This document shows, in pieces, positions 37,940 to 46,390 of a DNA stretch of 64,000 nucleotides. Below the pieces are notes generated by a model that worked only from the letters and a program-made list of their open reading frames with translations, did not search any database and was not told the DNA's origin. This stretch comes from Dehalococcoidales bacterium (GTDB lineage: Bacteria; Chloroflexota; Dehalococcoidia; Dehalococcoidales; Fen-1064): positions 309 through 64,308 of the forward strand of contig JADHXC010000008.1 in the NCBI GenBank assembly GCA_016783135.1, in the 5' to 3' direction. The translations under genes and the position numbers were made by a program. Position 1 is the first letter of the stretch, and every line of letters begins with the position of its first letter.

Positions 37940-39508
37940 ATGACTGAAGATAAGAATCAGAAGGCAAAACAGCTAGCGGAGCTGAAACAGCGTCAGAGTA
38001 AGCTCAAAGAAATGGGAGGCGAAGACCGCGTTGCCGCCCAGGCGAAACGGGGCAAGCTCAATGCGCGGGAACGGATTGATATGCTTCTTGACAAGGGAAC
38101 ATTCCATGAGACCGGCATGTTCGCCAGGAGTCGTGGCGGTTCATACGGAGACGTACCCGCCGATGCTGTGGTAACCGGCTACGGCAAAGTCGACGGCCGC
38201 GGAGTGTACATCTATGCGCAGGACTTCACCAGCATGGGCGGCACGATGTCCGAGATGCAGGGGCGCAAGATATGTGACCTGATGGACAGTGCCATGAAGA
38301 CCGGCTGCCCGGTGATAGCCCTCAACGATTCCGGCGGCGCTCGAATCCAGGATGGTGTCGATTCACTCTCTGCCTACGGTCAGCTCTTCCGCAGGAACAC
38401 CCTGGCCTCCGGCGTAGTCCCCCAGATATGCGCTATCCTCGGACCGACTGCTGGTGGCGGCGTCTATTCACCGGCACTGATGGACTTCATCTTCATGGTC
38501 AAAGGCATCAGCTATGCCTTTATAACCGGACCGAGGGTGGTCAAGGCGGCAATCGGTCAGGACATCGGTGAAGAGGAGCTCGGCGGTGCCATTGTCGCCC
38601 AGCAGAAATCCGGGGTTGCCTGTCGTTCGGAAGACAGTGAGGCAGACTGCTTCCGGAATATCAGGGAACTCCTCAGCTACCTCCCGTCAAGCAACCGGAA
38701 ACCGCCACCGAGGGTCGATTGGGGCGATAGCCCGGAACGCACCGACGACAAGCTATTCGACATTGTTCCCGCCAATCTGCGGCGCCCCTACGACATGCAC
38801 AAGCTGATTAAGAGCATCTTCGACCAGCGCCAGGACGGAAGGCCGAACTTCTTTGAGCTATTCCCCTTGTTCGCCACCAACATCATCACCTGCTTTTCCC
38901 GGCTCAATGGCTGCTCCGTGGGCATTATCGCCAACCAGCCGATGTCCAAGGCGGGAGCGCTCGACATCGACGCCTGCGACAAGGCGTCCCGCTTCATCCG
39001 TTTCTGCGACGCCTTCAGCATCCCGGTTATCAACCTGGTGGATGTGCCCGGATACATGCCCGGTACAGACCAGGAATGGGGCGGCATCATCCGGCATGGG
39101 GCCAAGATGCTCTTTGCCTATTCTGAGGCCACCGTGCCCAAGTTGACCCTCACCATCCGAAAGGCATACGGCGGGTCCTACCTGGGGATGTGCGGCAAAG
39201 ACCTCGGTACCGACGCTGTTTTCTGCTGGCCATCGACAGTGCTGGCTGTCATGGAGGCGGAAGGAGCCGCACCGATAATCTATCGTCGAGAGCTGCAAGC
39301 AGCCGAAAACCCCGACGAATTGCTCCAGACCAAGATACGGGAATACCGGGAGGAATTCGCCAACCCCTACCGTGCTGCCGAGCACCTGCATATCGACGAC
39401 GTTATTAACCCTGCCGAGACCCGTCCGAAGCTGATTGCTGCCCTGGAGATGGCTCTGGGCAAAGTGGAAGAAGGACCCGACAGGAAACACGGCATCATTC
39501 CCACCTAG
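37940..39508 (+). CDS. acyl-CoA carboxylase carboxyltransferase subunit (propionyl-CoA carboxylase beta / methylmalonyl-CoA carboxyltransferase type)
   Basis: 522 aa. GKLNARERIDMLLD, DSGGARIQDG and full carboxyl_trans architecture. No biotin carboxylase or BCCP gene adjacent. Confidence 0.9.
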   Translation: MTEDKNQKAKQLAELKQRQSKLKEMGGEDRVAAQAKRGKLNARERIDMLLDKGTFHETGMFARSRGGSYGDVPADAVVTGYGKVDGRGVYIYAQDFTSMGGTMSEMQGRKICDLMDSAMKTGCPVIALNDSGGARIQDGVDSLSAYGQLFRRNTLASGVVPQICAILGPTAGGGVYSPALMDFIFMVKGISYAFITGPRVVKAAIGQDIGEEELGGAIVAQQKSGVACRSEDSEADCFRNIRELLSYLPSSNRKPPPRVDWGDSPERTDDKLFDIVPANLRRPYDMHKLIKSIFDQRQDGRPNFFELFPLFATNIITCFSRLNGCSVGIIANQPMSKAGALDIDACDKASRFIRFCDAFSIPVINLVDVPGYMPGTDQEWGGIIRHGAKMLFAYSEATVPKLTLTIRKAYGGSYLGMCGKDLGTDAVFCWPSTVLAVMEAEGAAPIIYRRELQAAENPDELLQTKIREYREEFANPYRAAEHLHIDDVINPAETRPKLIAALEMALGKVEEGPDRKHGIIPT

Positions 39509-39541
39509 ACACAATTCCCGTACAAACCGGAAAGGTGAGCC

Positions 39542-40570
39542 TTGCTGTACATACTCTCAGGACCGGATAATTTCTCCCGTACCCGGGTACTTGATAATAT
39601 CAAGAGCGGTATCGGTGACCCGGAAACACTGGCAACGAATACTACCATACTCGAAGGCCAGCAACTCACTATCGACCAGTTGAGGCCGGTCTGTGAGGCA
39701 GCACCGTTTCTTGCGGAAAAACGCCTGGTCGTCATCACGGGTCTGCTGCAACGTTTCGAGCCCAATCGAAGGCCCCGACGCCAGACCAGGGGTCGGCGCA
39801 CGACCACCTCATCAGAAGATTACAAGCTGCTGGGACAATACATCCTGACGATACCCGAAAGCACAATTATGGTGCTCCTGGATGACGACATCAAGGCCGG
39901 TAATCCCCTGCTCAAGATATTCTCCGGCAAGGCACAGGTGCAGTCCTTTCCCCTACTGCGACCAGCCGACCTGAGACCATGGGTGCAGGAACGTGTCAGG
40001 AAGGAAGGCGGCAGCATATCTCCCCAGGCACTTAATCTGCTGGTGAAACTGGTGGGGAGCGACCTCTGGATTATGTCCAGTGAAATTGAAAAACTGCTCC
40101 TCTACAGCGCCGGGCGCCGAATAGAGGAAGAGGACATCAACCTAGTGGTCGGCTATACCCAGCAAGTCAACATTTTCGCCATGGTGGACGCTATCGTCGA
40201 GTTCCGCACGCAGGCCGCGGAAAAACTGCTCCAGCAGTTCCTTCAGCAGGGCTCCAGCCCATCCCATCTCCTGGCGATGCTTGCCCGCCAGATGCGGCTC
40301 ATTGTCAGAGCGAAGGATGTGGATAACCCGCGTATATCTGGCAGCGAGCTTCGCAACCGGCTCGGTATCCCCAACGAGTACGCCGCGCGTAAGACCCTGG
40401 AGCAAGCCAACCGATACTCCCTGCCGCGAATCAGGTACGTCTATCGCCAGCTACTGGAGACAGACCTGGCCATCAAGACGAGTAAATACGAACCCGAGCT
40501 GGCCCTCAGCATCCTCGTTACCGAACTGTGCCAGCAACGCCCGGTACAAACAGACCATGCCTTACGCTGA
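39542..40570 (+). CDS. holA: DNA polymerase III delta subunit
   Basis: 342 aa with a TTG start. HolA-like N-terminus (LYILSGPD) and central and C-terminal helical domains. Confidence 0.75.
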   Translation: MLYILSGPDNFSRTRVLDNIKSGIGDPETLATNTTILEGQQLTIDQLRPVCEAAPFLAEKRLVVITGLLQRFEPNRRPRRQTRGRRTTTSSEDYKLLGQYILTIPESTIMVLLDDDIKAGNPLLKIFSGKAQVQSFPLLRPADLRPWVQERVRKEGGSISPQALNLLVKLVGSDLWIMSSEIEKLLLYSAGRRIEEEDINLVVGYTQQVNIFAMVDAIVEFRTQAAEKLLQQFLQQGSSPSHLLAMLARQMRLIVRAKDVDNPRISGSELRNRLGIPNEYAARKTLEQANRYSLPRIRYVYRQLLETDLAIKTSKYEPELALSILVTELCQQRPVQTDHALR

Positions 40571-41273
40571 AGAGTCACCCCGACCGACAGGACACGGTAA
40601 GGGAACCGGGGTTCCCGGTATACCGGCATCCCCCTTCAATGAGTCCGTTGCGGACTATGATGCCTGGTACGATGGAGCAGGCAGGCTCGTCTTCGAAACC
40701 GAATTACGGTCTTTACGGAAGGTACTGCCCTCACTTTCCAGGCCGTGGCTCGAAGTAGGCGTGGGGACGGGCAGATTCGCTCAAGCACTGGGGATAGGGA
40801 CCGGGGTCGACATTGCCGTTAAAATGATTGAAGTCGCATCCCAACGGGGCACAGCCGTGCTCCTGGCCCGCGGAGAGCAACTGCCGTTTGGTGACCGGTG
40901 TTTCGGTGCGGTGTTCCTGATAACCACCATGTGCTTTATAAAACAACCCTTGTCCATCCTGCGCGAGGTGCACCGCGTTCTCGTACCCGATGGAAAACTG
41001 GTACTGGCCGTAATGCCCTCTCATAGTACCTGGACACAATTATACGAAGAGATGAAGCCCCAGGGGCACCCACTGTACACCCATGCTATTTTTCGGAGCC
41101 ATGATGAGTTGATAAACCTCATCGAGCGGGGTGACTTCTCCGTGCAGAATACTTTCTCAACCCTCCTCCAGGGGCCGGACAAAGTAACACATGCGGAATC
41201 GCCACAGACTGGTTTCCGCATCGGAGCCGGGTTCGTCGTCATCGTGGCCGGCAAACACTCAGGGCAGGACTGA
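40557..41273 (+). CDS. class I SAM-dependent methyltransferase
   Basis: Motif I LEVGVGTGRF and post-I/II blocks. Start taken at ATG 40557 (14-nt overlap with holA). The ORF-track start 40281 lies inside holA. Confidence 0.75.
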   Translation: MPYAEESPRPTGHGKGTGVPGIPASPFNESVADYDAWYDGAGRLVFETELRSLRKVLPSLSRPWLEVGVGTGRFAQALGIGTGVDIAVKMIEVASQRGTAVLLARGEQLPFGDRCFGAVFLITTMCFIKQPLSILREVHRVLVPDGKLVLAVMPSHSTWTQLYEEMKPQGHPLYTHAIFRSHDELINLIERGDFSVQNTFSTLLQGPDKVTHAESPQTGFRIGAGFVVIVAGKHSGQD

Positions 41274-41296
41274 TACTGGGCCATACCGGAGGTCTG

Positions 41297-41348
41297 TTGA
41301 CACGCCAGCCGAGTCGCAGTACAATATTAGTTGAGAATGAGAAACATT
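41297..41348 (+). promoter_or_regulatory. fur promoter with Fur-box-like operator overlapping the start codon
   Basis: TTGACA (41297-41302), 17 nt, TACAAT (41320-41325), then TAGTTGAGAATGAGAAACATT (41328-41348). GAGAATGAGAAACATTCGC matches 14 of 19 positions of GATAATGATAATCATTATC. Confidence 0.55.
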
Positions 41349-41771
41349 CGCAATCCGGACAAGGCAATAGCAGGATACCCTCTCACCGCCCAGCGACAAC
41401 GGCTCCTGGAGCTGATACGCAATGCCGGCGGACATATTGACGCCAAGGAACTGTACCGTCGTGCCAGCAGCGCCGATACGTCTATCAGCCTGGCTACGGT
41501 GTACCGGAGCCTGCGCCTGTTCCAGGAGCTGGGACTGGTTGATGAACAGAGACTGGGCTGGTCAAGCCACCACTACGAGATACGCAGTCATGCCGAACAC
41601 CAGCATTTCGTCTGCCATGAATGTGGCAGAGTGATAGAGTTCCAGACTCCCCTTATCGGTAAACTGGTCAGGAGCATACAGCAGGAGCAGGGATTCAACG
41701 TTACCAGGACCGAGTTCTATCTCGAAGGGCAGTGCCGGCAATGTTGTAAGGATAAGAGAGAGGACATCTGA
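41337..41771 (+). CDS. fur: Fur-family metalloregulator
   Basis: Winged-helix N-terminus (SLATVYRSLRLFQELGLV), HHYE, HQHFVCHECGRVIEF, C-terminal CRQCC. ATG at 41337 is 11 nt after the -10, so nearly leaderless. TTG 41331 is an alternative start. Confidence 0.85.
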   Translation: MRNIRNPDKAIAGYPLTAQRQRLLELIRNAGGHIDAKELYRRASSADTSISLATVYRSLRLFQELGLVDEQRLGWSSHHYEIRSHAEHQHFVCHECGRVIEFQTPLIGKLVRSIQQEQGFNVTRTEFYLEGQCRQCCKDKREDI

Positions 41772-41774
41772 ACT

Positions 41775-41930
41775 GTGGTCCAGGACAGGATTAGGCAGCT
41801 TGAAGAGGAGATAGCCGACCTCAAGGCGAGGTGGCCGGCACACTCGGTGAGACCCTCTATGCTGCAACAACTGGAGGAACTAGAGGAGGCGCTGGAGAAG
41901 GCGAAGCAGGTGAAGGCCGAGAGTGCCTGA
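41775..41930 (+). CDS. 51-aa coiled-coil protein with WPAHS motif (below the ORF-track cutoff)
   Basis: GTG start 3 nt after the fur stop. Translates VVQDRIRQLEEEIADLKARWPAHSVRPSMLQQLEELEEALEKAKQVKAESA. I recall this small family in anaerobes, often mis-annotated as histidine kinase. Confidence 0.45.
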   Translation: MVQDRIRQLEEEIADLKARWPAHSVRPSMLQQLEELEEALEKAKQVKAESA

Positions 41931-41934
41931 GAAG

Positions 41935-42135
41935 ATGGCCCTGGTGGACTTCCCGAAGTGCCACCCGGAGTACTGCAAGGATGGAGTCTGTCTCGCCGCC
42001 GAAGCGTGCCCCCGCAAGCTAATCAAACAGGAGCATCCCGGAGAGATACCGATGACCAACCCGTCCCTCTGCCAGGCGTGTGGAGATTGTGTCCGTGCCT
42101 GTCCCATGAAGGCTATCCGGACAGTAATGATGTAA
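41935..42135 (+). CDS. small 4Fe-4S ferredoxin-domain protein
   Basis: 66 aa. CHPEYCKDGVCLAAEACP plus the canonical CQACGDCVRACP. Confidence 0.6.
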   Translation: MALVDFPKCHPEYCKDGVCLAAEACPRKLIKQEHPGEIPMTNPSLCQACGDCVRACPMKAIRTVMM

Positions 42136-42146
42136 GCACCTTAGAC

Positions 42147-42701
42147 ATGACAGGAAAGATACTAAAGAAAGCAACAAGCAGCGTGTCATACGACGACACT
42201 ATAGACGAACAGACTTGTCTTCGTCAGGAGACCCGGCGTGCCCTGAAGGGTTTCAGCCGTAAGAGACGTAACCTGATTCCCATCCTGCAGAAGGTCCAGG
42301 GAAGGCTCGGATACCTTCCTCTTGAGGCTATGAAAGAAATCGCTGAATTTCTCGGCATACCGGAGATAGACGTCTACGGAGTGGTAACATTCTACAACCA
42401 GTTCCGCCTCAACCCGCCGGGAAATCACGCTATCAGGGTGTGCCTCGGTACAGCCTGTCACATGAAGGGTGGTTACATCACGCTGGATGCCTGGAAACGG
42501 CGACTGGAGATAAACGAGGGCGAGACTACGCCGGACCGCGAGTTTGACCTTGACACCGTGGCCTGCGTAGGCTGCTGTACCATGGCACCGGTGACCGTAG
42601 TTGACGATATTCCTGAAGCCAAAGTGGAACCTACAAAGGTAGATGGGATACTGCTCAAGTTCAAGCTTGAGAGAGAATCCGAGGAACAGAAAGACCAGTG
42701 A
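42147..42701 (+). CDS. NuoE/HydC-type thioredoxin-like [2Fe-2S] subunit
   Basis: LIPILQKVQ, TFYNQF, CLGTACHMKG, CVGCCTMAP. Start at ATG 42147; the ORF-track 41958 extension overlaps the ferredoxin gene. Confidence 0.85.
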   Translation: MTGKILKKATSSVSYDDTIDEQTCLRQETRRALKGFSRKRRNLIPILQKVQGRLGYLPLEAMKEIAEFLGIPEIDVYGVVTFYNQFRLNPPGNHAIRVCLGTACHMKGGYITLDAWKRRLEINEGETTPDREFDLDTVACVGCCTMAPVTVVDDIPEAKVEPTKVDGILLKFKLERESEEQKDQ

Positions 42702-44614
42702 AGGAAATCATATCATCCGATATCGCCTCTTCTTTCCAGGAGTTAAAGGCACGTGCCGAATCCCGCTGGAGAGAGATGTTTAACTCCGACAAACCCGTAA
42801 TACTGGTCGGTACGGCTACCTGCGGTCGTGCTGCCGGTGCCCTGGAAGTTCTTCATACACTCAGGGCGGAATTGAGAAGGCAGGGGCTGGACTGCCCCGT
42901 TATTGAGGTTGGCTGCATGGGCCACTGCTACGCTGAGCCACTGGTGGTGATTCACAAGCCGGGGTACCCTGCAATCTGCTACGGCTTCGTCAATCCGGTT
43001 ATTGCCGAGAGGCTGGTCAAAGAGTTTATCGCCGGCGATAACGCCTGCCTGGAATTCGTCCTCGGCGCGATGGAAGAGAACGACCTCATCCCCAGTTTCG
43101 CCGATTTCCCCCGCGCCGGCTACGAGAAAAAGGTGGTACTGAGGAACTGTGGGCACATTGACCCCACCGATATTGACCACTATATTGCCAGCGGCGGTTA
43201 CTCAGCACTGGACAAGGCGCTCCGGATGTCTCCCGAGGATATCATCGACAAAGTGAAAACATCGGGACTGAGGGGCAGGGGTGGGGCTGGTTTCGCCACC
43301 GGAATGAAATGGGAGATATGCCGTCAGGCGCCTGGAAAGCCACGGTACTTAGTCTGTAACGCCGATGAGGGCGACCCGGGTGCTTTCATGGACCGGTCAA
43401 TCCTGGAAAGCGACCCTCACTCCGTGATTGAAGGGATGGTCATCGCCGCCCACGCTATTGGAGCACGCCACGGCTACATCTACGTCCGCTCCGAGTACCC
43501 GCTGGCGGTGAAGCGGGTGCGGACTGCCCTCCGCCAGTCTCGCAAAGCTGGCTTCCTCGGCAGATATATTCTGGGGAGCGATTTCAGCTTCGATATCCGC
43601 CTGTTTAAGGGCTCCGGAGCCTTTGTCTGCGGCGAGGAGACGGCGCTGATTGCCTCACTGGAAGGGAAAGCAGGAATACCCCGCCACCGCCCGCCCTACC
43701 CGCCGACCAGCGGCCTCGACGGAAAGCCCACCATCGTCAACAACGTTAAGACCCTGGCCGCGATACCGCCCATTATTAAGAATGGCGCAGAATGGTTTAC
43801 CGGCATCGGCACGGAGAAGACCAAGGGTACCGCCGTCTTCGCCCTGGCCGGCAAGGTGGTCAACACCGGGCTCGTGGAGGTCCCCATGGGCACCACACTG
43901 CGGCAGGTCATCTTCGACGTCGGCAGCGGCATCCCCGGCGGAAAGCAGTTCAAGGCAGTCCAGATTGGCGGGCCTTCCGGTGGTTGTCTACCGGAATCGG
44001 CGCTGGACCTGCCTGTCGACTTCGATTCGTTGACCGAAGCCGGTGCCATGATGGGCTCCGGGGGGATGGTAGTCCTCGATGAGGACGATTGCATGGTGGA
44101 GATTGCGCGCTATTTCCTCGAATTCACCCAGCGGGAGTCATGCGGCAAGTGCACCTTCTGCCGTCTCGGGACCAGACAGATGCTGGCTATACTCGACGAC
44201 ATCACCCGGGGACAGGGCAGGGATGAAGATATTGACACGTTGATGATACTGGCTGAGGCCATAAGAGCCGGCTCTCTCTGTGGTCTGGGGAAAACGGCAC
44301 CCAATCCGGTGCTGACCACGCTGCGTTATTTCGAGGACGAGTACCGGGCCCACATCAGAGAGGGACGCTGCCCGTCACTGATGTGTCGCGACCTTATAGC
44401 CTACTATATCCTGCCGGATAAGTGCGAGCGTTCCTGCGACGCCTGCGTGGGCAGCTGTACCGTGGAAGCCATATCCCCCAATCGGAAGAGGATTAAGGTC
44501 ATCGACCAGGACAAGTGCGTGAAATGTGATACCTGCCGGACCGCCTGCCCACCGCAGTACGATGCCATAGTGAAATTATCGCCGCCCAGTGAAGTACCCG
44601 CTGCGGCAAAGTAG
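42698..44614 (+). CDS. NuoF/HydB-type NAD(P)H-binding FMN/Fe-S flavoprotein subunit
   Basis: 638 aa. N-terminal 2Fe-2S thioredoxin-like domain, GRGGAGF FMN site, ESCGKCTFCR (N3-type 4Fe-4S), C-terminal 2x[4Fe-4S] (CVKCDTCRTACP). Confidence 0.9.
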   Translation: MKEIISSDIASSFQELKARAESRWREMFNSDKPVILVGTATCGRAAGALEVLHTLRAELRRQGLDCPVIEVGCMGHCYAEPLVVIHKPGYPAICYGFVNPVIAERLVKEFIAGDNACLEFVLGAMEENDLIPSFADFPRAGYEKKVVLRNCGHIDPTDIDHYIASGGYSALDKALRMSPEDIIDKVKTSGLRGRGGAGFATGMKWEICRQAPGKPRYLVCNADEGDPGAFMDRSILESDPHSVIEGMVIAAHAIGARHGYIYVRSEYPLAVKRVRTALRQSRKAGFLGRYILGSDFSFDIRLFKGSGAFVCGEETALIASLEGKAGIPRHRPPYPPTSGLDGKPTIVNNVKTLAAIPPIIKNGAEWFTGIGTEKTKGTAVFALAGKVVNTGLVEVPMGTTLRQVIFDVGSGIPGGKQFKAVQIGGPSGGCLPESALDLPVDFDSLTEAGAMMGSGGMVVLDEDDCMVEIARYFLEFTQRESCGKCTFCRLGTRQMLAILDDITRGQGRDEDIDTLMILAEAIRAGSLCGLGKTAPNPVLTTLRYFEDEYRAHIREGRCPSLMCRDLIAYYILPDKCERSCDACVGSCTVEAISPNRKRIKVIDQDKCVKCDTCRTACPPQYDAIVKLSPPSEVPAAAK

Positions 44615-44618
44615 ACAC

Positions 44619-45290
44619 ATGAAGACAATATCTCTGACAATTGACGGCCAGAAAATAACCGCCAACGAGAGTGAAATCCTTCTCTGGGTTGCCCTCGATA
44701 ACGGGTTCTATATCCCCAACCTGTGCGCCATGAGGGACGATCACGAGCCGATGGCTGCCTGTCGGTTGTGCTTTGTTGAGGTAGCGGGCAGGGACAGACC
44801 GGTCACAGCATGCACCGAGACGGTCACTGAAGGCATGACAGTCAATACCAGAGGAGATAACGCTCTCAGTCTGGCCCGTCAGGGCTTTGAGCTTCTCATG
44901 GCGTCTCACGCCCTGGACTGCGCTCACTGCCCCAGGAATGGTTCCTGCGAACTACAGAAGATAGCCCGGCACCTCCACGTGAAACTGAAGTCAAAACACC
45001 TCAGAAAGCTGGAACGCAACCTTCCCATCGACACAAGCCACCCCTTGTTCGTCTATGACGCCAACAAATGCGTGCTGTGCGGACGGTGTGTCCGGGTGTG
45101 CCGGGAGCACTCCGGTACCGGCGTACTCGGCTTTGCCCACCGGGGCTTCGAGCGGCGGGTCACCACCTTTGCCGATGGACCAATGGACACTTCAGGATGC
45201 GACCACTGTACCGAGTGCATAGCAGTCTGCCCGACCGGGGCTCTGGTACTCAAGGAAGAGCAACCACCGAAGGCCGGGGCAACGGTCTAA
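44619..45290 (+). CDS. NuoG/HydA N-terminal-type Fe-S subunit lacking any catalytic domain
   Basis: 223 aa. 2Fe-2S_thioredox-like CRLCFVEV, His-ligated cluster HALDCAHCPRNGSC, CVLCGRCVRVC, CDHCTECIAVCP. Ends before any H-cluster or molybdopterin domain. Confidence 0.8.
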   Translation: MKTISLTIDGQKITANESEILLWVALDNGFYIPNLCAMRDDHEPMAACRLCFVEVAGRDRPVTACTETVTEGMTVNTRGDNALSLARQGFELLMASHALDCAHCPRNGSCELQKIARHLHVKLKSKHLRKLERNLPIDTSHPLFVYDANKCVLCGRCVRVCREHSGTGVLGFAHRGFERRVTTFADGPMDTSGCDHCTECIAVCPTGALVLKEEQPPKAGATV

Positions 45291-45316
45291 TAATCAGTCC
45301 TTCCGGTCAATATCAA

Positions 45317-45352
45317 GGGAGCGGATACCGTTATTTACAGTTACCCGCTCCC
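45317..45352. terminator. hairpin between convergent genes (possible bidirectional terminator)
   Basis: GGGAGCGG (45317-45324) pairs with CCGCTCCC (45345-45352), 20-nt loop, AT-rich flank TAATATTTA. Confidence 0.4.
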
Positions 45353-45383
45353 TAATATTTATCCTGAAACTCCCGGAGTAGCT

Positions 45384-45524
45384 CTAGCTCTTGCCAATTC
45401 GGAACATCTTGGTTCCGCAAGTTGGGCATACACCTTGAGTTGCTGGCTTGCCGTTCTTCATGGTGATGGGCTTGGCGTCTTTCATTTCACGCTTGGCACG
45501 ACATTTCACACAGTATGCTTCCAT
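45384..45524 (-). CDS. DUF5679-like zinc-ribbon mini-protein (below the ORF-track cutoff)
   Basis: 46 aa, MEAYCVKCRAKREMKDAKPITMKNGKPATQGVCPTCGTKMFRIGKS. AAAGGAGG lies 8 nt upstream. An upstream TTGACA/TATCAT promoter-like pair is present. Confidence 0.6.
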   Translation of the reverse strand: MEAYCVKCRAKREMKDAKPITMKNGKPATQGVCPTCGTKMFRIGKS

Positions 45525-45772
45525 CAACCCGACCTCCTTTCATTACTAGGTCTGCATGATAAACTATTTATCCCTTGTCTGTCAATACCTTCAGACGGCT
45601 TTTCTGCCACAAATATCAGGTTTTACGCTTAATTTGGGCATGATTCGTGCTGGCCTGCCTGATTGAGGATGAGAATACTGCCTCAATGGCAGTCTTTGGG
45701 AGCCTGGAATACACCAGAACGCCCGGAACAGCGTACTTCTCCCGGGTAAAGCAGTCCGGAGGCTCAGACTCA

Positions 45773-46378
45773 CTACCTCGCCAAGCAGAGGTCTATCGCC
45801 CGACGGTACATCTCAATGGGGACCGCCCCAACGAGTGGAAGCCGGCCGCCGATTATCGCCAGGGGAACCCCCCAGCCCTCGTACTCACTCCGGCCTTCTT
45901 CGTATTCGGCCAGGACCTCGTTCTCCTGTGAGCCGCTACTGTAATCTGCCCGGAACCGCTCAACATCAAGTCCGGCATCCGCGGCCAGGCTGGTCAGGAC
46001 TTCCCCATCACTGATATCACGGCAGTCCCGGAAGAATGCCTTGAAGACAGCATCGTGGAAACGCTCGAACGCCTCTTTGCCCTGGAGTAAGGCGCACTTA
46101 CCCGCTATCTGGGCCGGCATGCTGGAGGAAGGATAGGGCAGATTATCATCCCAGTGCCGGAATACCTCTTCTTCGTTGTTGGCACGCTCACGGGCCTCGG
46201 TACTGTGTGGCGAAATCAGCCTCCCCGGTATATTCTCAATCAGCAGGGGGAAGCTCTTCCAGGTGATGTTGATACTGTCACCGTACCGCTCTTTGACTCT
46301 CTGCAGCCGAACTGCCGCGACATAGCACCAGGGTCAGATGTAGTCCGAATAGACGGTTATCCCGACGGGCGCATTCAT
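45773..46378 (-). CDS. DsbA/FrnE-family thiol-disulfide oxidoreductase with in-frame UGA at the CxxC position (candidate selenoprotein, U-P-W-C)
   Basis: One open frame of 201 codons apart from a TGA at 46334-46336. Context VYSDYI-TGA-PWCYVAAVRL. C-terminal GWGVP cis-Pro loop. Hairpin GCAG-UUCGG-CUGC lies 18 nt 3' of the UGA. Confidence 0.65.
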
Positions 46379-46390
46379 CACAATACAGCC

